Shown here: positions 13,551 through 27,318 of the stretch, one piece after another
How positions within the stretch are numbered: position 1 is the stretch's first letter
How the letters are laid out: each line of letters starts with the position of its first letter
Source: the human T2T-CHM13v2.0 reference genome, Homo sapiens
Direction: 5' to 3' (one strand)
DNA length: 64,000 nucleotides
Assembly: GCF_009914755.1 (NCBI RefSeq)
Contig: NC_060931.1
Translations under genes and position numbers: made by a program
Notes under the pieces: model-generated
Told to the model about the DNA's origin: nothing
What the model saw: the letters and a program-made list of their open reading frames with translations, nothing else
The model's database searches: none

Positions 13551-16500
13551 GCCCGCATCTGAAAAACAAGACCAGCCACACACACGGTCACGGCGTCCCC
13601 ACCGGAGCACGGTCACCTGTGCCTCATCAGCCACGTGGCCGCCACAGGGAAGAGAACTGGATTGCAAGGCAGGTGTTTCAAGTCTGGTGAAACCCAGCTC
13701 TAAGGAAACAAGATAAAGGAGGAGAAGATACAGGACAGCAGGCAGAAGACAACAAGAAGGGCGGAGAGAAAACGGAGCAGAGAAAGAGGAAAGAAACAGA
13801 AAACGGTGACAAAAGAAACTACTGGACTGCAGCCCAAAGTCTACTGCTTTCAGCTTTGTGTAAAAGGTGGTATCTTTTAGGGCTCCAGAGACACTAACCA
13901 GTGTAATTTTTGCAGGCAACATTAAAACAAAAAAACAATCCTAAGACCCATCTATTTGCAATTAGGCAAGGGCTGATCATTGCTGGAAAAAAAAAAAAAA
14001 AAAAAGCCCACAGGGAGTATAAGGGATGGGCACAGAACGCGCAGCATCCTGCGGAAGACGGTGTGGGAGATGAGAGCCAGAAAAGGTCAGTGCTTTTTGC
14101 TGGGTGACATTCAGGACCTTTCTGCTCCTGCCAGCTCCCAGCTCCCAGATCACTGAGCCCTACAGAGTTCTGCACAAATGAGGAATGAGGCCGATGCCCA
14201 GGCCCGCCTGTGAGAGGGGGCTGTGCCCAAGGTGGACCCATCAGCAACTGGAAGTACCAAAAAAAAAAAAAAAAAAAGACTTCATATAAATGCATCTATA
14301 GTCAGCCTATAAAAATGGTTGGAAAGCAACAGCCCACTCCTCTCCACGCATTTTCTCGGGTTGCATGCTGCCTTCCGGCACCATCTGTCTGTTCAGCACA
14401 GCGGTTGTGTGTGGGCTCAGGCGCCAGACGGCTCCGGCTTGATGCCCGGCTGTGCCACCCCCTGCCAACGGCCTCTGCTGTGCAGATTTTCCCATCTGTA
14501 GAATGGGGACAATAGCAGCACCAGCACACAGCTGTGTGGGGATGAAGTCAGCTGCCACCCACGCATGCTGAGGACCTGCTGGCTTGGGAGCGCTCGCTCT
14601 CTTTGTGGTCACTGTTGCTCTTCTTTTCCCTTCAGGTCTGAACTGAAAAGTCATCTGAACCAGGTGCCACCTCGCTGGAGCATCAGAAGGCGAGCATACA
14701 ATTTCTAACACCTTCTATACAATCCCAAACGGTGATTTCCTGTCACTAGGAAGGAATGGGGCATAGGAGACAAAGAATTGTGGGTTTTACTCCTTTGGCT
14801 GCTCCCTAAGGGGTACAGGGTGCTGGGACTTGCCTCTCCCATCTCTCTTTGGGAATGAAGCGCTCCTTTCCCCCACTGCTGGTGGTGCTGTGGCCCCTCG
14901 GCTGCCAGCCCCTTATGGGGACAGCCCAGGCTGGAGGAGCCACCTTCCCAAGGCCCCAGCCTCTTCCACAGTCAGCTACATCCACCAATGATTGTCCCCA
15001 GCCCCTGCTGCTACCCAGCAAGGCTCAGAAGGGTGGGCTGAGGCCCTAGCTGAGACTGTGGGGCAGCCCAGCCTCTCCTGCACCGTGCCTACCCCTCCCC
15101 TCCCCTCCCTTACACTCCCCTCTCCTCCCCAGTACTCAGCAGCACCCTGCCAGCCTCGGCCACAGCTGTCCCCAGCTGGCCCATTGAAGAGCCCAATCTG
15201 TACCACTTGGTGGCAAGGTGACTGAAGCTACTGGCTCCTTGGAGCTTTAAGCAGTATGGAGATTATTTTTATTTTTGTTTATGCATACCTTGTGTCACTT
15301 TTGGTATCCAGGTGTCATAAAGATACGTGTCAGGGATTGGACTAGGTAAGCCTCAGTGGATAGTTAAATACCCATATCTCCCACACCCCATTATTCCCCT
15401 CCACTATTCACCTGCCCACACACACACACCACCCCTGTGCTACAGGAAGAGAGAGTCACAGGGAAAGGGAAGTCCTGCCTCCTCAATGGTCCTGGACCAT
15501 GGCCATGCCTGACACCATTGCTGCTGGAAGAAGGGGTGACATCGTCATTCACTTCGGCCGTTTCTCGGCTTCCTGTGATTTGAAAGTTTTCCAGTGCTGA
15601 GATGGGTTTGGTTTGAGCCCCCAATCCAAAGATGCTTTGCTGGTAGCTAGGAGGTATTCAGCAAGCACCTGCTATGCAGAATGCACAGTGTGGAGCACTT
15701 GGAGGGACCATAAAGATGAACGGAACACGAATTCTGCCCCCAGGAGTCTTGATGGAGCTGACGGGCACCCTAGGCCTTGTCTCGCCCCTAAGAGGCCCCT
15801 CTTCCTGCTCCTCTGCAAGGCTGGCATCGACAGCAGGTCCAGCCCCATCCCTGGCCTCAGTGACTCAAGGGGAGTTTTCAGAAACTTCTCAGATCAAGGA
15901 AAGCTCAGAAAATCCAGTGTCTCCTGAGGAGAAGCCAGACCCTGGCCAGGTGTCTCTGGAGTCTGTCACAGAACAGATTCAGGAAAAACAGGTCGCTGGG
16001 GCCTCCAGCAAACAGCCGATACCACATCTGTGTGCATCGTCCTGTGATGCCCAGGGAATGTGCTTCGAGGGTGCTGCACAGCTGTGGCACCAGAGAACAC
16101 TCCGCGGGGAACGGCGTCAGACGGGGCGGGGCGAGGTGAGGCCCGCAAGCCAGTCCCTGCTGCACACGGTAGCGAAGGCGGAAAGCTGCGGCAACACCTT
16201 CCCACCATCTCTGTGAGGTCTGTGGGTGGAGAGGGTGGGATGCGACTGCCAGCCCCGTGGAAAGGTATGATTCTCCAAAGAAGACAAAGGTGCTGGCCAG
16301 GAATCATGGTCTTCAGAGTGAGGGCAGCGCCCAGCACATCTCTCCGTGTTCACTGAGACACAGCTAGGACACACACTTAAAGGGCCATGGGATTAGTGAA
16401 TAGGGAAGACTTCCCAGGGGCGAGGACTGTGAGAGTGGAGGTGAGTAATCTGGCGGCAGCCGCCTGAGGCTGTGTGCCCAAGCCCGGCTGGGTCTGCTGC

Positions 16501-18109
16501 CAGCCACAGCCCACAGTGCCAGAGCTGTCCCTTGGCGCCATCAGAAGCTGAGTGGCCTTGGATACCTTCAGCTCCCCTTCTGCTCTCATCAGCCACTTGC
16601 CAGCCATCCTCTTGTCCCAGTGAGAGCTGCAGGTTAAGGCACCGAGGATGTATCTCCATCTCTGTCCAGTGCCAAGCAGTTGAATGATCTGGTAAACAGC
16701 TGTCCCTCACTCCCATTTAGGCAGTAGTCATCTCAGGGTATCAGCTGGAAATCCAAGGCCATGGGAGTCACCTGAGTCCATGCCGCTGGAGGGACGCAGG
16801 GTTGCAGGACACGAGTGCCCATCTTCTGATGTAGTCCAAGATTCCCTCTCCGCCACCTGCAGGTGGGACTGTGGGCTGGGCTGACGAAGGTGGCCGGGCA
16901 CCTGGAGCTGTAGCAGGTATCACAGAAGCCTAGAATGCTGGACCCGGAGGGGCCCTTCCAGTCACTAACAGGGCTCCATCTGCCTATCGGATGCTTTCAT
17001 CCACCTTCCATTAAGCACATTAACCAGCAGCTATGATATGCCCAGCCACTGCCCCTTCTCCAGCCTCCGTGGAGCCCCTCCTGCTGGAGGCAGGGCAGAA
17101 AGGGGGCACCAGGACAGGCCCTCGGACAGGCAAGACCACAGGCTGGGCATGCTTTGCGCCATTTGCAGCAGAGAGAACCAGAACTTCTTGCAAACATCTC
17201 ACTCCTCCAATACCACACACGGCCACCTGCATCTCTACATTGCTTGTCCTTGCCCACCCCCTCTCCTCCCTGGCATCCACGCCTGTACTGGTGGACAATC
17301 AGAGACACGCACTGATGGGTGCCATCTGTGGTGCCCAAGGCCTCGCCTGTGGAAGGGGGTGTGGGTTTCATCTCCCATTGGGAATGAACCAACCACAAGA
17401 CAGAGAGAGAGAGCACGGCCCCCAGCTCACCCACCCCACCCGAGGCCCACTGCAGACTGGAAGGAGATGACTTGGGAGCCTGAGTGTTCTCTAAAAGCCC
17501 CATATTTATTTTCTGGAGTCAAGGTGCAAAGTCCCCATGAGTTCCCCATTAGACAGCAAATGCCCCAAGGAGAAGAGGACAAAAAGCATATTAACCTGAT
17601 GAACTGATTCCCAAGGATACCTGCTGTGCCCTACCTCTCCTAGAGGACACTGTTCTCGCCCAGGGAACACTGTCTCCCCTTGTCTGCTCACCTGTCTTCC
17701 ATGCCATGACCCTACTGGGGTCACGATAGGCTTGTGGTAGAGGGAGGTGCAGGCAGACGAGACTCCAAGGACCCTAAAGTCCCAGTATTCTGCTTCTAGG
17801 TAGAGCTTGCCAGGTTAGATTTCTGCCCGCCACCTCAACTCTCTGCAGCCCCACCCCAAGACTTTGCCTTCAAGTTCCTGGCACGTGGACCAAGGCCAAG
17901 CCCATTTCTAAGCCTTCTCACTCTCAGTTAAGGGCTCAGTACCTTCAGCCCTGGGGGCTCAAGCTGGCTTCACTCTGGGGTCAGGACCTTGGCCTGTCTC
18001 AGTGTGAATAAGGAGACCTATTGAACAAATTTGCAAATTATTCAGCCAAAGCCTAATGAGGGATTAAAAAGGAAATCTCGTTCAAATAACAATCAAAGAA
18101 TCACCTGCA

Positions 18110-18408
18110 GGACGGGCATGGTAGCTCATGCCTGTAATCCCAGCACTTTGGGAGGCTGAGGCGGGTGCATCACTTGAGGCCAGGAGTTCAAGACCAGCCT
18201 GAACATGGCAAAACTTCATCTCTACTAAAAATACAAAACCTGGCCGGTCATGGTGGTGCATGCTTGTAATCCCAGCTACTGGGGAGGCTGACACATAAGA
18301 ATTGGTTGAACCCGGGAGGCTGAGGTTGCAGTGAGCCAAGATGGTGTCACTGCATTCCAGCCTGGGTGACAGAATAAGACTCTGTCTCAAAAAAAAAAAA
18401 AAAAAAAA
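18110..18408 (+). mobile_element. AluS/J
   Basis: Full dimer with A-tail; TSD AAAGAATCACCT. Confidence 0.94.
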
Positions 18409-19613
18409 GAATCACCTCCATTGAAAAGAATAAAATTATCTGAAGCTGGGGACATCCCCAGAAAACCTGGGATGGGATGGTGGCCACAGCTACATTCTTA
18501 GGGTCGGTCCTCCCATGGGCGGCTTGTAAGGGAGAGGGAGGCAACCCTTCTAGACACAGACATCCTGCTCTTTACTGTGGCATCTCAGTCATGCTCCCCC
18601 AAGTCCTGTGAGGTGGGGATTATATTCTGTATTTTACCGGTGAGGAAACTGAGGCTTAGATTGTGCCAGTGAACTGCCCAATAGGACACAGGGGGCAATC
18701 ATTGACACCGGGGTTGCGACCTTGGCCTCTGGCACCCAAACTCATGCTCCCTCCCTAGCAGCCACTCTTCCGTTGGCAAGATAAAAACCATCCCATCTTC
18801 CTGCTCACACACAGGACTCTGTTCTTGAGAATCTAGTATGAGGGACGGCTAGGTCCATGCCCGTCCCCTCAGTGGACGGATGCTCCCTCCTCCAATGGCA
18901 CCAGGAAATAGAGAGGTCCCTGAAGGGGATGAGGCCCGAGGCGCTGGCATCTGGCCCCCGGGCTCTGCATTGCATGAAGGTCTAGGCGCCCGGCCCGTCT
19001 CCAGGCAGAGGACCATCCCGCCATGGCAGATGCCTCCTGCCAGACACAGGATGCTGTTACTAGTCAATCAGCCTGAGCCAAAGCCCAAGTAACTTTCCCA
19101 AGTGGGAGGTGAAGGAAAAAAACAAATAACACAGTAATGTGCCTAAAATCTGCCCCTTTTTTTTCTGGCCAGTAGATTGGATGGAAAAAAAAATGCCTCT
19201 TTTTGAAACCAACAAGACATGATTTGTCTGAAAATGTTCTCTTTGAGGTATGTGGCTCCCACAAGATTTGTAAAAAACGGGTTCACTCAGATTTTTCTAA
19301 ATTGGGTCCTCGAGTTAACTAAGCATTTCCATTCTCAAAGACGGCCCCCATTTTCTTTCTTTCCCCCTCTGTTAGTTAAGCTTCTGCATGTCCTCACCAT
19401 CATCATCATCATTGTCAACATTCAGGTCGGCTGTGTGAGAGGTGGCTTCCTCAGGGCTGGGACATGACAAAGTGTAGACGCATGCCATCTTTAAAGGAGC
19501 TTATGGTTTAATTAAGGAGACAGGCTGGATACTTCGAAAGAAAAATCGTGAGATTTTATGAGAAAGGGACGCGGTGCCGTGGATGCCGTGGTGTGGCTCC
19601 CGGATCCCCAGGC

Positions 19614-20141
19614 GCAGGGAGCACTGGTAGGTCCCCAAGTGCAGGGGGCACTGGTAGGTCCCTGGGTACAGGGAGCACTGTTAGGTCCCTGAGTGCAGGG
19701 AGCACTGGTAGATCCCTGGGTTCAGAGGGCACTGGTAGGTCTCTGGGTGCAGGGAGCACTGGTAGATCCCTGGGTTCAGAGGGCACTGGTAGGCCTCTGG
19801 GTGCAGGGAGCACTGGTAGATCTCCGGGTGCAGGGGGCACTGGTAGGTCCTGGGGTGCAGGGGGTGCTGGTAGACCCCAGGTGCAGGGGGCACTTGTAGG
19901 TCCTGGGGTGCAGGGGGCGCTGGTAGATCCCTGGGTGCAGGGGGCGCTGGTAGGTCCCCGGGTGCAGGGACCACTGGTAGGTCCCCGGGTACAGGGGGCA
20001 CTGGTAGACCCCAGGGTACAGGGGGCGCTGGTAGATCCCCGGGTGCAGGGGGTGCTGGTAGGTCCCCGGGTAGAGGCAGCACTGGTAAATCCCCAGGTAC
20101 AGGGGGCACTGGTAAGTCCCCGGGTACAGGGAGCACTGGTA
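19614..20141. repeat. 27-bp minisatellite, ~19.5 copies (GCAGGGGGCACTGGTAGGTCCCTGGGT)
   Basis: Direct inspection; produces the 9-aa periodic ORFs in the track. Confidence 0.95.
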
Positions 20142-20495
20142 GCCACTGGTACTCAGCTGAGTGCCTGGCTGAGACTTGCCCTCACCCGACGGGATCCGCC
20201 TCACCCAAGTTCACATCCCCTTCCCAGGGACAGTGTGGGAGCCCTTTGCCTCAATCTGGGACAACTCTGAAGGGTCATCCCAGTTCCAGAATGCTCCAAG
20301 GGGTCAGCTGAGGCCTTTGGTGTGAATGCTTCACCGCCCTTCCCCTCTGCTCAGTCCAGCTTGCTTCCCTCTTTCACCACTGAGTGGCCAAAGCTAGAGG
20401 CACAGACTCACCAGCTGAGCATAACCTTCAGGTGAAGGTGACAAAGGCCACTGGAGGGCAGACCATCATTTAACAAGGAATAGAACCAAATATGA

Positions 20496-20778
20496 GGCCA
20501 GCACGGTGGCTCACGCCTGCAATCTTAGCACTTTAGAAGGCCACCGCAGGAGGACTGCTTGAGCCCAGGAGTGTAAGAGCAGCCTGGCAAGATGATGAAG
20601 CCCCTTCTCTATGAAAAATCAAAAAATTAGCCGGGCTTGGTGGCACCTGCGGTCCCGGCTACTGAGCAGGCTGAGGTAAGAGGATCGCTTGAGCTCAGGA
20701 GTTCCAGGCAGCAGTGTTCGCACCACCGCACTCCAGCCTGGGCTACAGAGCAAAACCCTGTCTCAAAAAAAAAAAAAG
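20496..20778 (+). mobile_element. AluJ
   Basis: Diverged dimer with GCTTGAGCCCAGGAG; TSD AGAACCAAATATG. Confidence 0.9.
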
Positions 20779-22189
20779 GAACCAAGAACCAAATATGTCC
20801 ACCTGCCTTTATGCTGTATTTTATCACAGTAGTAAACTCTATGCCTGCATGCCTCTCCTACAGAACATCGCTTTGAGCCTTTCCTGAGAACTGATATTGC
20901 CACATCTAGAGGAGAGGAGAGAGGAGGGAGGTGATAGAGAATGGAGTCTGGAGCCCACAGCCCTTGTCTTGAAATAGCACGAAACAAGCACTGCTGTGAA
21001 CTGGCTTCCTGACCTCCAGCCTCAAGAGCAGGCATCTCAGGCAGAAAGCCACAGGGCCGGCAGATGGCAATGCTGGCTCCCAGAAGCCCTTCCCTGACCG
21101 TAGCCACAGCAGCTGACCAGCCAGGGTGGGACTCCTCTCCTCCCAACACGCCTCCAGTGCAAAGGCCCAGGTTCAATCCTTGCTTCGCCACTGGCCAGCC
21201 ATGCGACGTGGCAGGTCACTTAACCTCTTGGGGCTGTTTCCTCATTATACGGCGGTCCAGGGTGCAGCTTCCTGTTTCCCTTCTCCCAGGGGCTACCATG
21301 CATCCTCTGCGCCACTTCCACACCTGGCAGGTACCCTGCAACCCTAGGGGGGAGGTCTCCTGGCCCAGTTCCTTCCCCAGACCAGGTTGGTATCGCTGCC
21401 CAGCATTTCCCTCTGTCTTTGAAAATACTCTATTACCTATGCCCCAAGGTCATGTCAGAAATCTCAAAATACACCTAACATGCAAAGCAGAGTGGTGAGG
21501 AGACAAGCGACCTCTCTGTTCTCCTGGCGCTGGCAGCTCCCCAGGGGTGAAATATCTCCTCGGACACTCACTCATCTTCAGTGGTGCAAATGGGAGGGCT
21601 CAGGTGACACTCTTAAAAGTCCAGCTTTGGAAGGACCCAGGCCCCATCACTGCTCTGCACGCCCCTCACCCACAGCCCCTTAAAGCCACTTGTCCCCAGG
21701 ACAAAGCAGTTTCCATACAGCCGTGGTGCTTGAGCCAAACGGAGACTTAGGCTCCAGCCCTCTTTTTCAAAGTGTATATATGTATATTACATATTACACA
21801 TATTACATATAGGATATACTTTAAATAGCATATGATTAGATAACAATTTTATATAATACTAATTATATAATATATGAATGTATTATATATGTAAACAGAT
21901 CTAGACAGGTTAAGTGACTGGTTCCGCTCAAATCCTTCTGGCCCCTGTGCACATGACCTTGCTTTCCATCCACAGGCAGAGTCTGTCCCTCCATCCCTTG
22001 AGTCTCAGCCGTGTGACTTGCCATGGCCAAGGGGCCTGAGGAGCCCCTGAGCTTCAGGCTGGCCCTCTTGCTGCTGCCTAGACGGCCTGCTGGACACACG
22101 GCCCAGTTGTCCCCGCGGCTCGGCTGGCATGGAGCCGACTGGGCGATGGGCAGACATGCAGGCGAGGCTGTCCTGGGGCCCAGCTGCTG

Positions 22190-22328
22190 GCTGACCCCAG
22201 AGATCGGCCAAGCCAGCCCCAACCACGAGAACTTCCCAGCTGACAGAGAGAACAGTGAGAAAGAATAAATTCTGTGGCTTTCAGTCCCTATGTTTTTGGT
22301 GTTTTGGTAGCAGCAGACGTGAACTGAC
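22190..22328 (+). mobile_element. MLT1 LTR 3' fragment
   Basis: GTGAGAAAGAATAAATTCTGTGGCTTTCAG...GTAGCAGCAG...AACTGACA terminus. Confidence 0.5.
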
Positions 22329-22470
22329 AGGGTGACGGCATGCCCCAGGTTAAGCCTTGTGAGGGGAGAGAGGGGCCCATGTGGATCACAGTGAGACCCC
22401 TGTGCCTGGCACACAACAGGCTGCGGTCAATACTGGATGACTCAGTGAGAAGAAGCCCCTAGACAGGTGA

Positions 22471-22962
<492 letters not shown>

Positions 22963-24104
22963 TCAATGACCTTCATCTAGAAAGGGGCCAAGTGAAGCGT
23001 ATGGAGACCTGACACACACAGGGCAAACCGAAGGGAGGCAGCAGACGCCGCCCTCTCTGGGCCCACCGTCCAGCCTCAGCCTGACCGTCCAGCCTCATCC
23101 CCTACCCCAGGGAGGCCTTGGCTGCTCGTGGGGCATCTGGGCCATAGCCAAGCAGAGATATCAAAAACCTGACAAGACACAACAGAGACTTTTCTCAGCA
23201 GGTTGGGCTAGAATGGTTGTGAACCTTACACTGTCTTTTCTACATTAAGGATAATAAGACTAATAACAATACTAATATTTCACATATTACTTTAGAGATA
23301 AAGAGAGACGGCTCATATAAAAGCACACGTCTGGCATATAACAAGTGCTTCAGCAATATTAGCTCAATCTGTTGAAAACCATGCCACCCCAGATGGTATC
23401 TGATACAATCAAGAATATTGATCGGTCATCAGCACCATGAATGCAACTCCCCATCAAGCGTATCTAGGTTGCATGGAGGAAGAAGGCTCTCTGGGGTGCT
23501 TATTACAACATATGCTATAGATGAGGATGGGGCCCAGGTGATGTATGCTTCAAGCCCACCACCCCATGGCTGCTGGCATGGCTGAGGTGGTGAGCAGGGT
23601 GGAGCTGAGTAAATGGTTTCCACATTAGCCCAATAGGCAAATGGCTGTGTGGAGCCTGCCTGCCTGCCCGTCTTCTGGAAGTTGAGCAGGTGACAGAGCT
23701 GTCCTCCCACCCCCACCCCTCGCACACACCTCTGCACCCCTGGCCCCAGGAGGCTAAGTCTTGGTGGCCACCCAGGAGGGGAGAGCAGGCAAAGAGGAAG
23801 TGCTCTGGACAGAGGGAGCAGGCCTGGGTCCCAGAGCTGCCACACCAGCCTCTGTCACGTTACGTTGGTTTTCTCACAGCCCCTCCACACTAGAACTTCC
23901 AGCAGTGGGAGGAGGGGACGCAAGGAAAGACCCAGACCTTGGAAGGGAGTGTCAAAGTGCTGTGGGCAGTGGGACGCTGGGACCCCTTCCTGGGGCCTTG
24001 GCCACCTCTCCAGGCCATGCCATGGAGCCCCTCAGTGCAAGCCCCTGCCCTACAGCTCTATCGGACGGAGGCTGTGGCTGCGCTGTGCTTTGAGGGCAGG
24101 GCCC

Positions 24105-24545
24105 TGTTGGATTAGGTTCCTGGGCTGTGATAATGCGGCACCACATACTGGGGGCTTTAAAACAGAATGGATTCTCTCATTGCTCTAGAGGCCAGAGGTC
24201 TGAAATCAAGGTGCTGTGAGAGCCACACGCCCTCCGAAACCTCCGGGAGGATCCTTCCTTGCCTCTTCCACCCTTCAGCGGCCCATATTCCGAGGCTCGT
24301 GGCAGCAGCTCTGCAATCTCTGCCTCCGCCCTCACAGGCCTTCTTGCCTGTGCCTCTGGATGCAACTTCCCTCTTCTTAGAAGGACTCCAGGCATAGTGG
24401 ATGAGGGCCGGTCCTAATGGCCTCATCCTAATCTATATGTTAATCACATCTGCAAAAACCCCATCTCAAAGAAGGTCCCATTCACAGGTATGGGGTGCAG
24501 AGGGTGTGGGACTTCGACCTTTTTTTTGGAGAATCCAATTCCATC
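24105..24545 (-). mobile_element. MLT1 (MaLR) solo LTR
   Basis: CTAGAGGCCAGAGGTCTGAAATCAAGGTG ... CACATCTGCAAAAACCC ... CATTCACAGGTA; reverse MLT1B/C-like. Confidence 0.72.
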
Positions 24546-26972
24546 GCACTGTTCATCTTTGTGTCCTCGACACCCAGCCCAGTCCCTGGAAAGCACACAG
24601 AAACGAGTTGACTGGTTTCTGGTCCCAGCACTAACCCTGCGTAAACATAGTTCTTAGCAATGGCTCTCTATTTCTTTATTCACAAGTGGAGAATTTGCAT
24701 CCTATTTTCTCAAATTCTCCCCTCACCCTGTTGCATCCTTCTTCTTCCCCTCCCCAGCACAGTGGAGGTCACTGCAGGGCCACCCCCAGCAATGAACTCC
24801 CCTGGAAGAAGGCCAGCAGAGCTGCAGGGCACCCCCCTCCAGGACCAGGCCTTTGGCTCATGGAAAAGACGCTGGGAGCCTGGGGTTACGGAGCAAACTG
24901 GTCTTTGTCGTGCATTCATCAGCAGCTTCACTGCCAGGTCAGAGTATATCAAAACACAGAGGCCCTGGCAGACGCCCCAAAGCCTGGTGATAGCCGATTG
25001 GTCCGTGACCAGCCATGGGTTGGCAGAGAGGGCTTCCTGTCAACAGGAAGTAAAGGACAGGGATTAAATTATTTTCAAAGTAGGTAGTGGAAGAAAGAGA
25101 TGAGTGAGATTCCAATTAACCATTCCAAGGCAGGGCTAAAATACAGTTCCACCAAATCACCTTCTTCTACTGGGGAAGCTCAGCTCGTTAATAGCTAACC
25201 CCTTCCTCTGGTCTGGGGGCATAAGCCATGCAATGAGTAACAGTGGGGGCTTCTAAGAACTCCGTATGGTTAAGCCCGAAGGACGCAGCTGAACTCTCAG
25301 GTGGCCCCTCTGCTCATCTCAGAGCGAGTCACGGTTAAAGAACCAAGCAAAGTCACCACTCTGTTTCAACGTCACAGCTCAGCTGCCCATCGGCCTTTGT
25401 TTGTTGCGCATTTTAAACGACGTTGACAGAACTGTGGGGTTATCAGGATGGGCTGGTTCACCGTCCTGAAAGGACGGCAGACAGCTGGTGCTTCATCGGT
25501 GATCACGTTCATTGGTCCCATTTTGGCCGAAGGGAGGGCGGAGGGAGGAGAACGGGTGAGCCACATTCTCACTCGGCTCCTGTCAGTGTCTGTGGCTCTA
25601 CTCGGTAACCTTAGCAGCCCCCATAAATGTAAAAAGGTGCCTAGAAACAGAAAGACACTGGCCATGAGCTGAATACACCAAAATCAGCTCTTATAGGAAA
25701 ACAGGGAGAGCAAAAGAAAATAAACAGCCAAGAAACAGGAATATTTAAGAGCACATGTATTTGCCTGAAGGTTTTAGAAGATACAAACTGATTTACAAAT
25801 TACGTAAGCGAAGTCTGAGTAGATGAAGAGGCGTTGGCAAATAAAAAGTGCTTCCAAATGATTTCTTTCGCCAGTCTAGTGTTCAGCACAGTCCAAATTG
25901 CAAACCCTGAGTGCAAACTAGCAATATTGTTCTGAGAGGTTTTATTAGGGGGGGGCAGTTCAAAGAAAAGAGGCAGGAAAAGACACTAGCAATGCACTGA
26001 GACTCCTAACAAGTTTGTGACATGTGAAAAGATGCAATATCGATTGAACCCACCAACTCTGCTGGCTGCTGCTTCTGTTTATGTTAATTCAGTACTCGAG
26101 CTGGGAAATCATGATCCAGGATTTAACTCTTTGCATTCATCAGTAGGCTGCTCCTCTGCAGTATGTAGAGCCTCGTTTATATAAGAATCTTGGAACCCTC
26201 CACAAAGAGGTACCAGGACCAAGCGCGAATAGGGCAGCGGGGGCTAGATGAGGGCAGAGATGCATATTTCACCTCCACTGTAATTAACCCTGTCATCTAC
26301 CATGTAATGATGAACAGGCTTTTTCTCAGCTGGGCATTTGTGAAGTAGGGATAAGAGGACGAGGCAGCTCCAAGGTGACTCCCGCAAGGCACTGAGCATG
26401 TGACTCTGCAGGCCCATGGGTTTGTGCAGGCTCCGCACTATTCCCCCATGTGAGCTGCTCTGTGGGTGTCCCTGCGCCCTCTGTGTGGTAGAGTCTTTGA
26501 GGAAGTGATCACGCATCACTGTCTAGCTGCCTGTTCCCTCCAGGACCAGCACTGGGCCGTGCTCAAGCGGCATTGGGCCAATGTGCCGTGCCCCACTGAG
26601 GACGACCCTCGCTGATCAGCCCTCTCACACCCAGCGTGCTGCAGAGCAGCAACCAAGCTTCATCAAAAACCCTGGAGCCACAGGCCAGTGTGAGGACCCC
26701 ATCACCAAGAAGCTTGACTACTGAAGGTTCCCATAGCATACTCTGGGCCCTATTGGAGCTTACGGCAGGGCATCTAAGATGCATGAAGCCACTGAAGGGC
26801 TGAGTCAAGAAAGCTTGCAGCGTGGCCTAACGGGCTGGCCCACACAGGCAGCTCTGGCTACAGGCTGGTTTGGGCATTCATCTTTATTTGGAAGCCAAAT
26901 GTTGAATTGCCTTTGTTGAATAGTCAAAAGTCAAGGATATCTCTTCTCAATGACAGCTGAAAAGGTGCAGAT

Positions 26973-27061
<89 letters not shown>

Positions 27062-27064
27062 ACA
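26973..27064. repeat. Compound tetranucleotide STR (GATA)14(GGCA)8 GACA
   Basis: Direct count. Confidence 0.95.
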
Positions 27065-27130
27065 GAGGAATAACTCATGGGGGCAGAAGAAATGGAACAG
27101 TATTACACCAGGGAAGCTATTAATAGTACC

Positions 27131-27318
27131 CAGTTGTTTTTAAGCCCCAGTAGGTACAAGAATCACCGGAGAACTTAAGAAAAATGCAAACTCATGGGTC
27201 CCACCCTCAGGCATTCTGATTCAGTAAGTCTGGGCTACGAAGCAGAATTTTATATTCTAAACAAACACTGGGAGCTTCTACATAAGCTAGTCCATGAACC
27301 ACACTTTGTTAAACATTG
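27131..27318 (-). mobile_element. MER5-like hAT fossil
   Basis: AGAATCACC...TTCTGATTCAGTAAGTCTGGG...ACCACACTTTG. Confidence 0.6.

Noticed and set aside
19548-20270. Elastin/collagen-like 9-aa repeat ORFs
   Set aside because: Consequence of the 27-bp unit; open in several frames, with no splice or promoter support.
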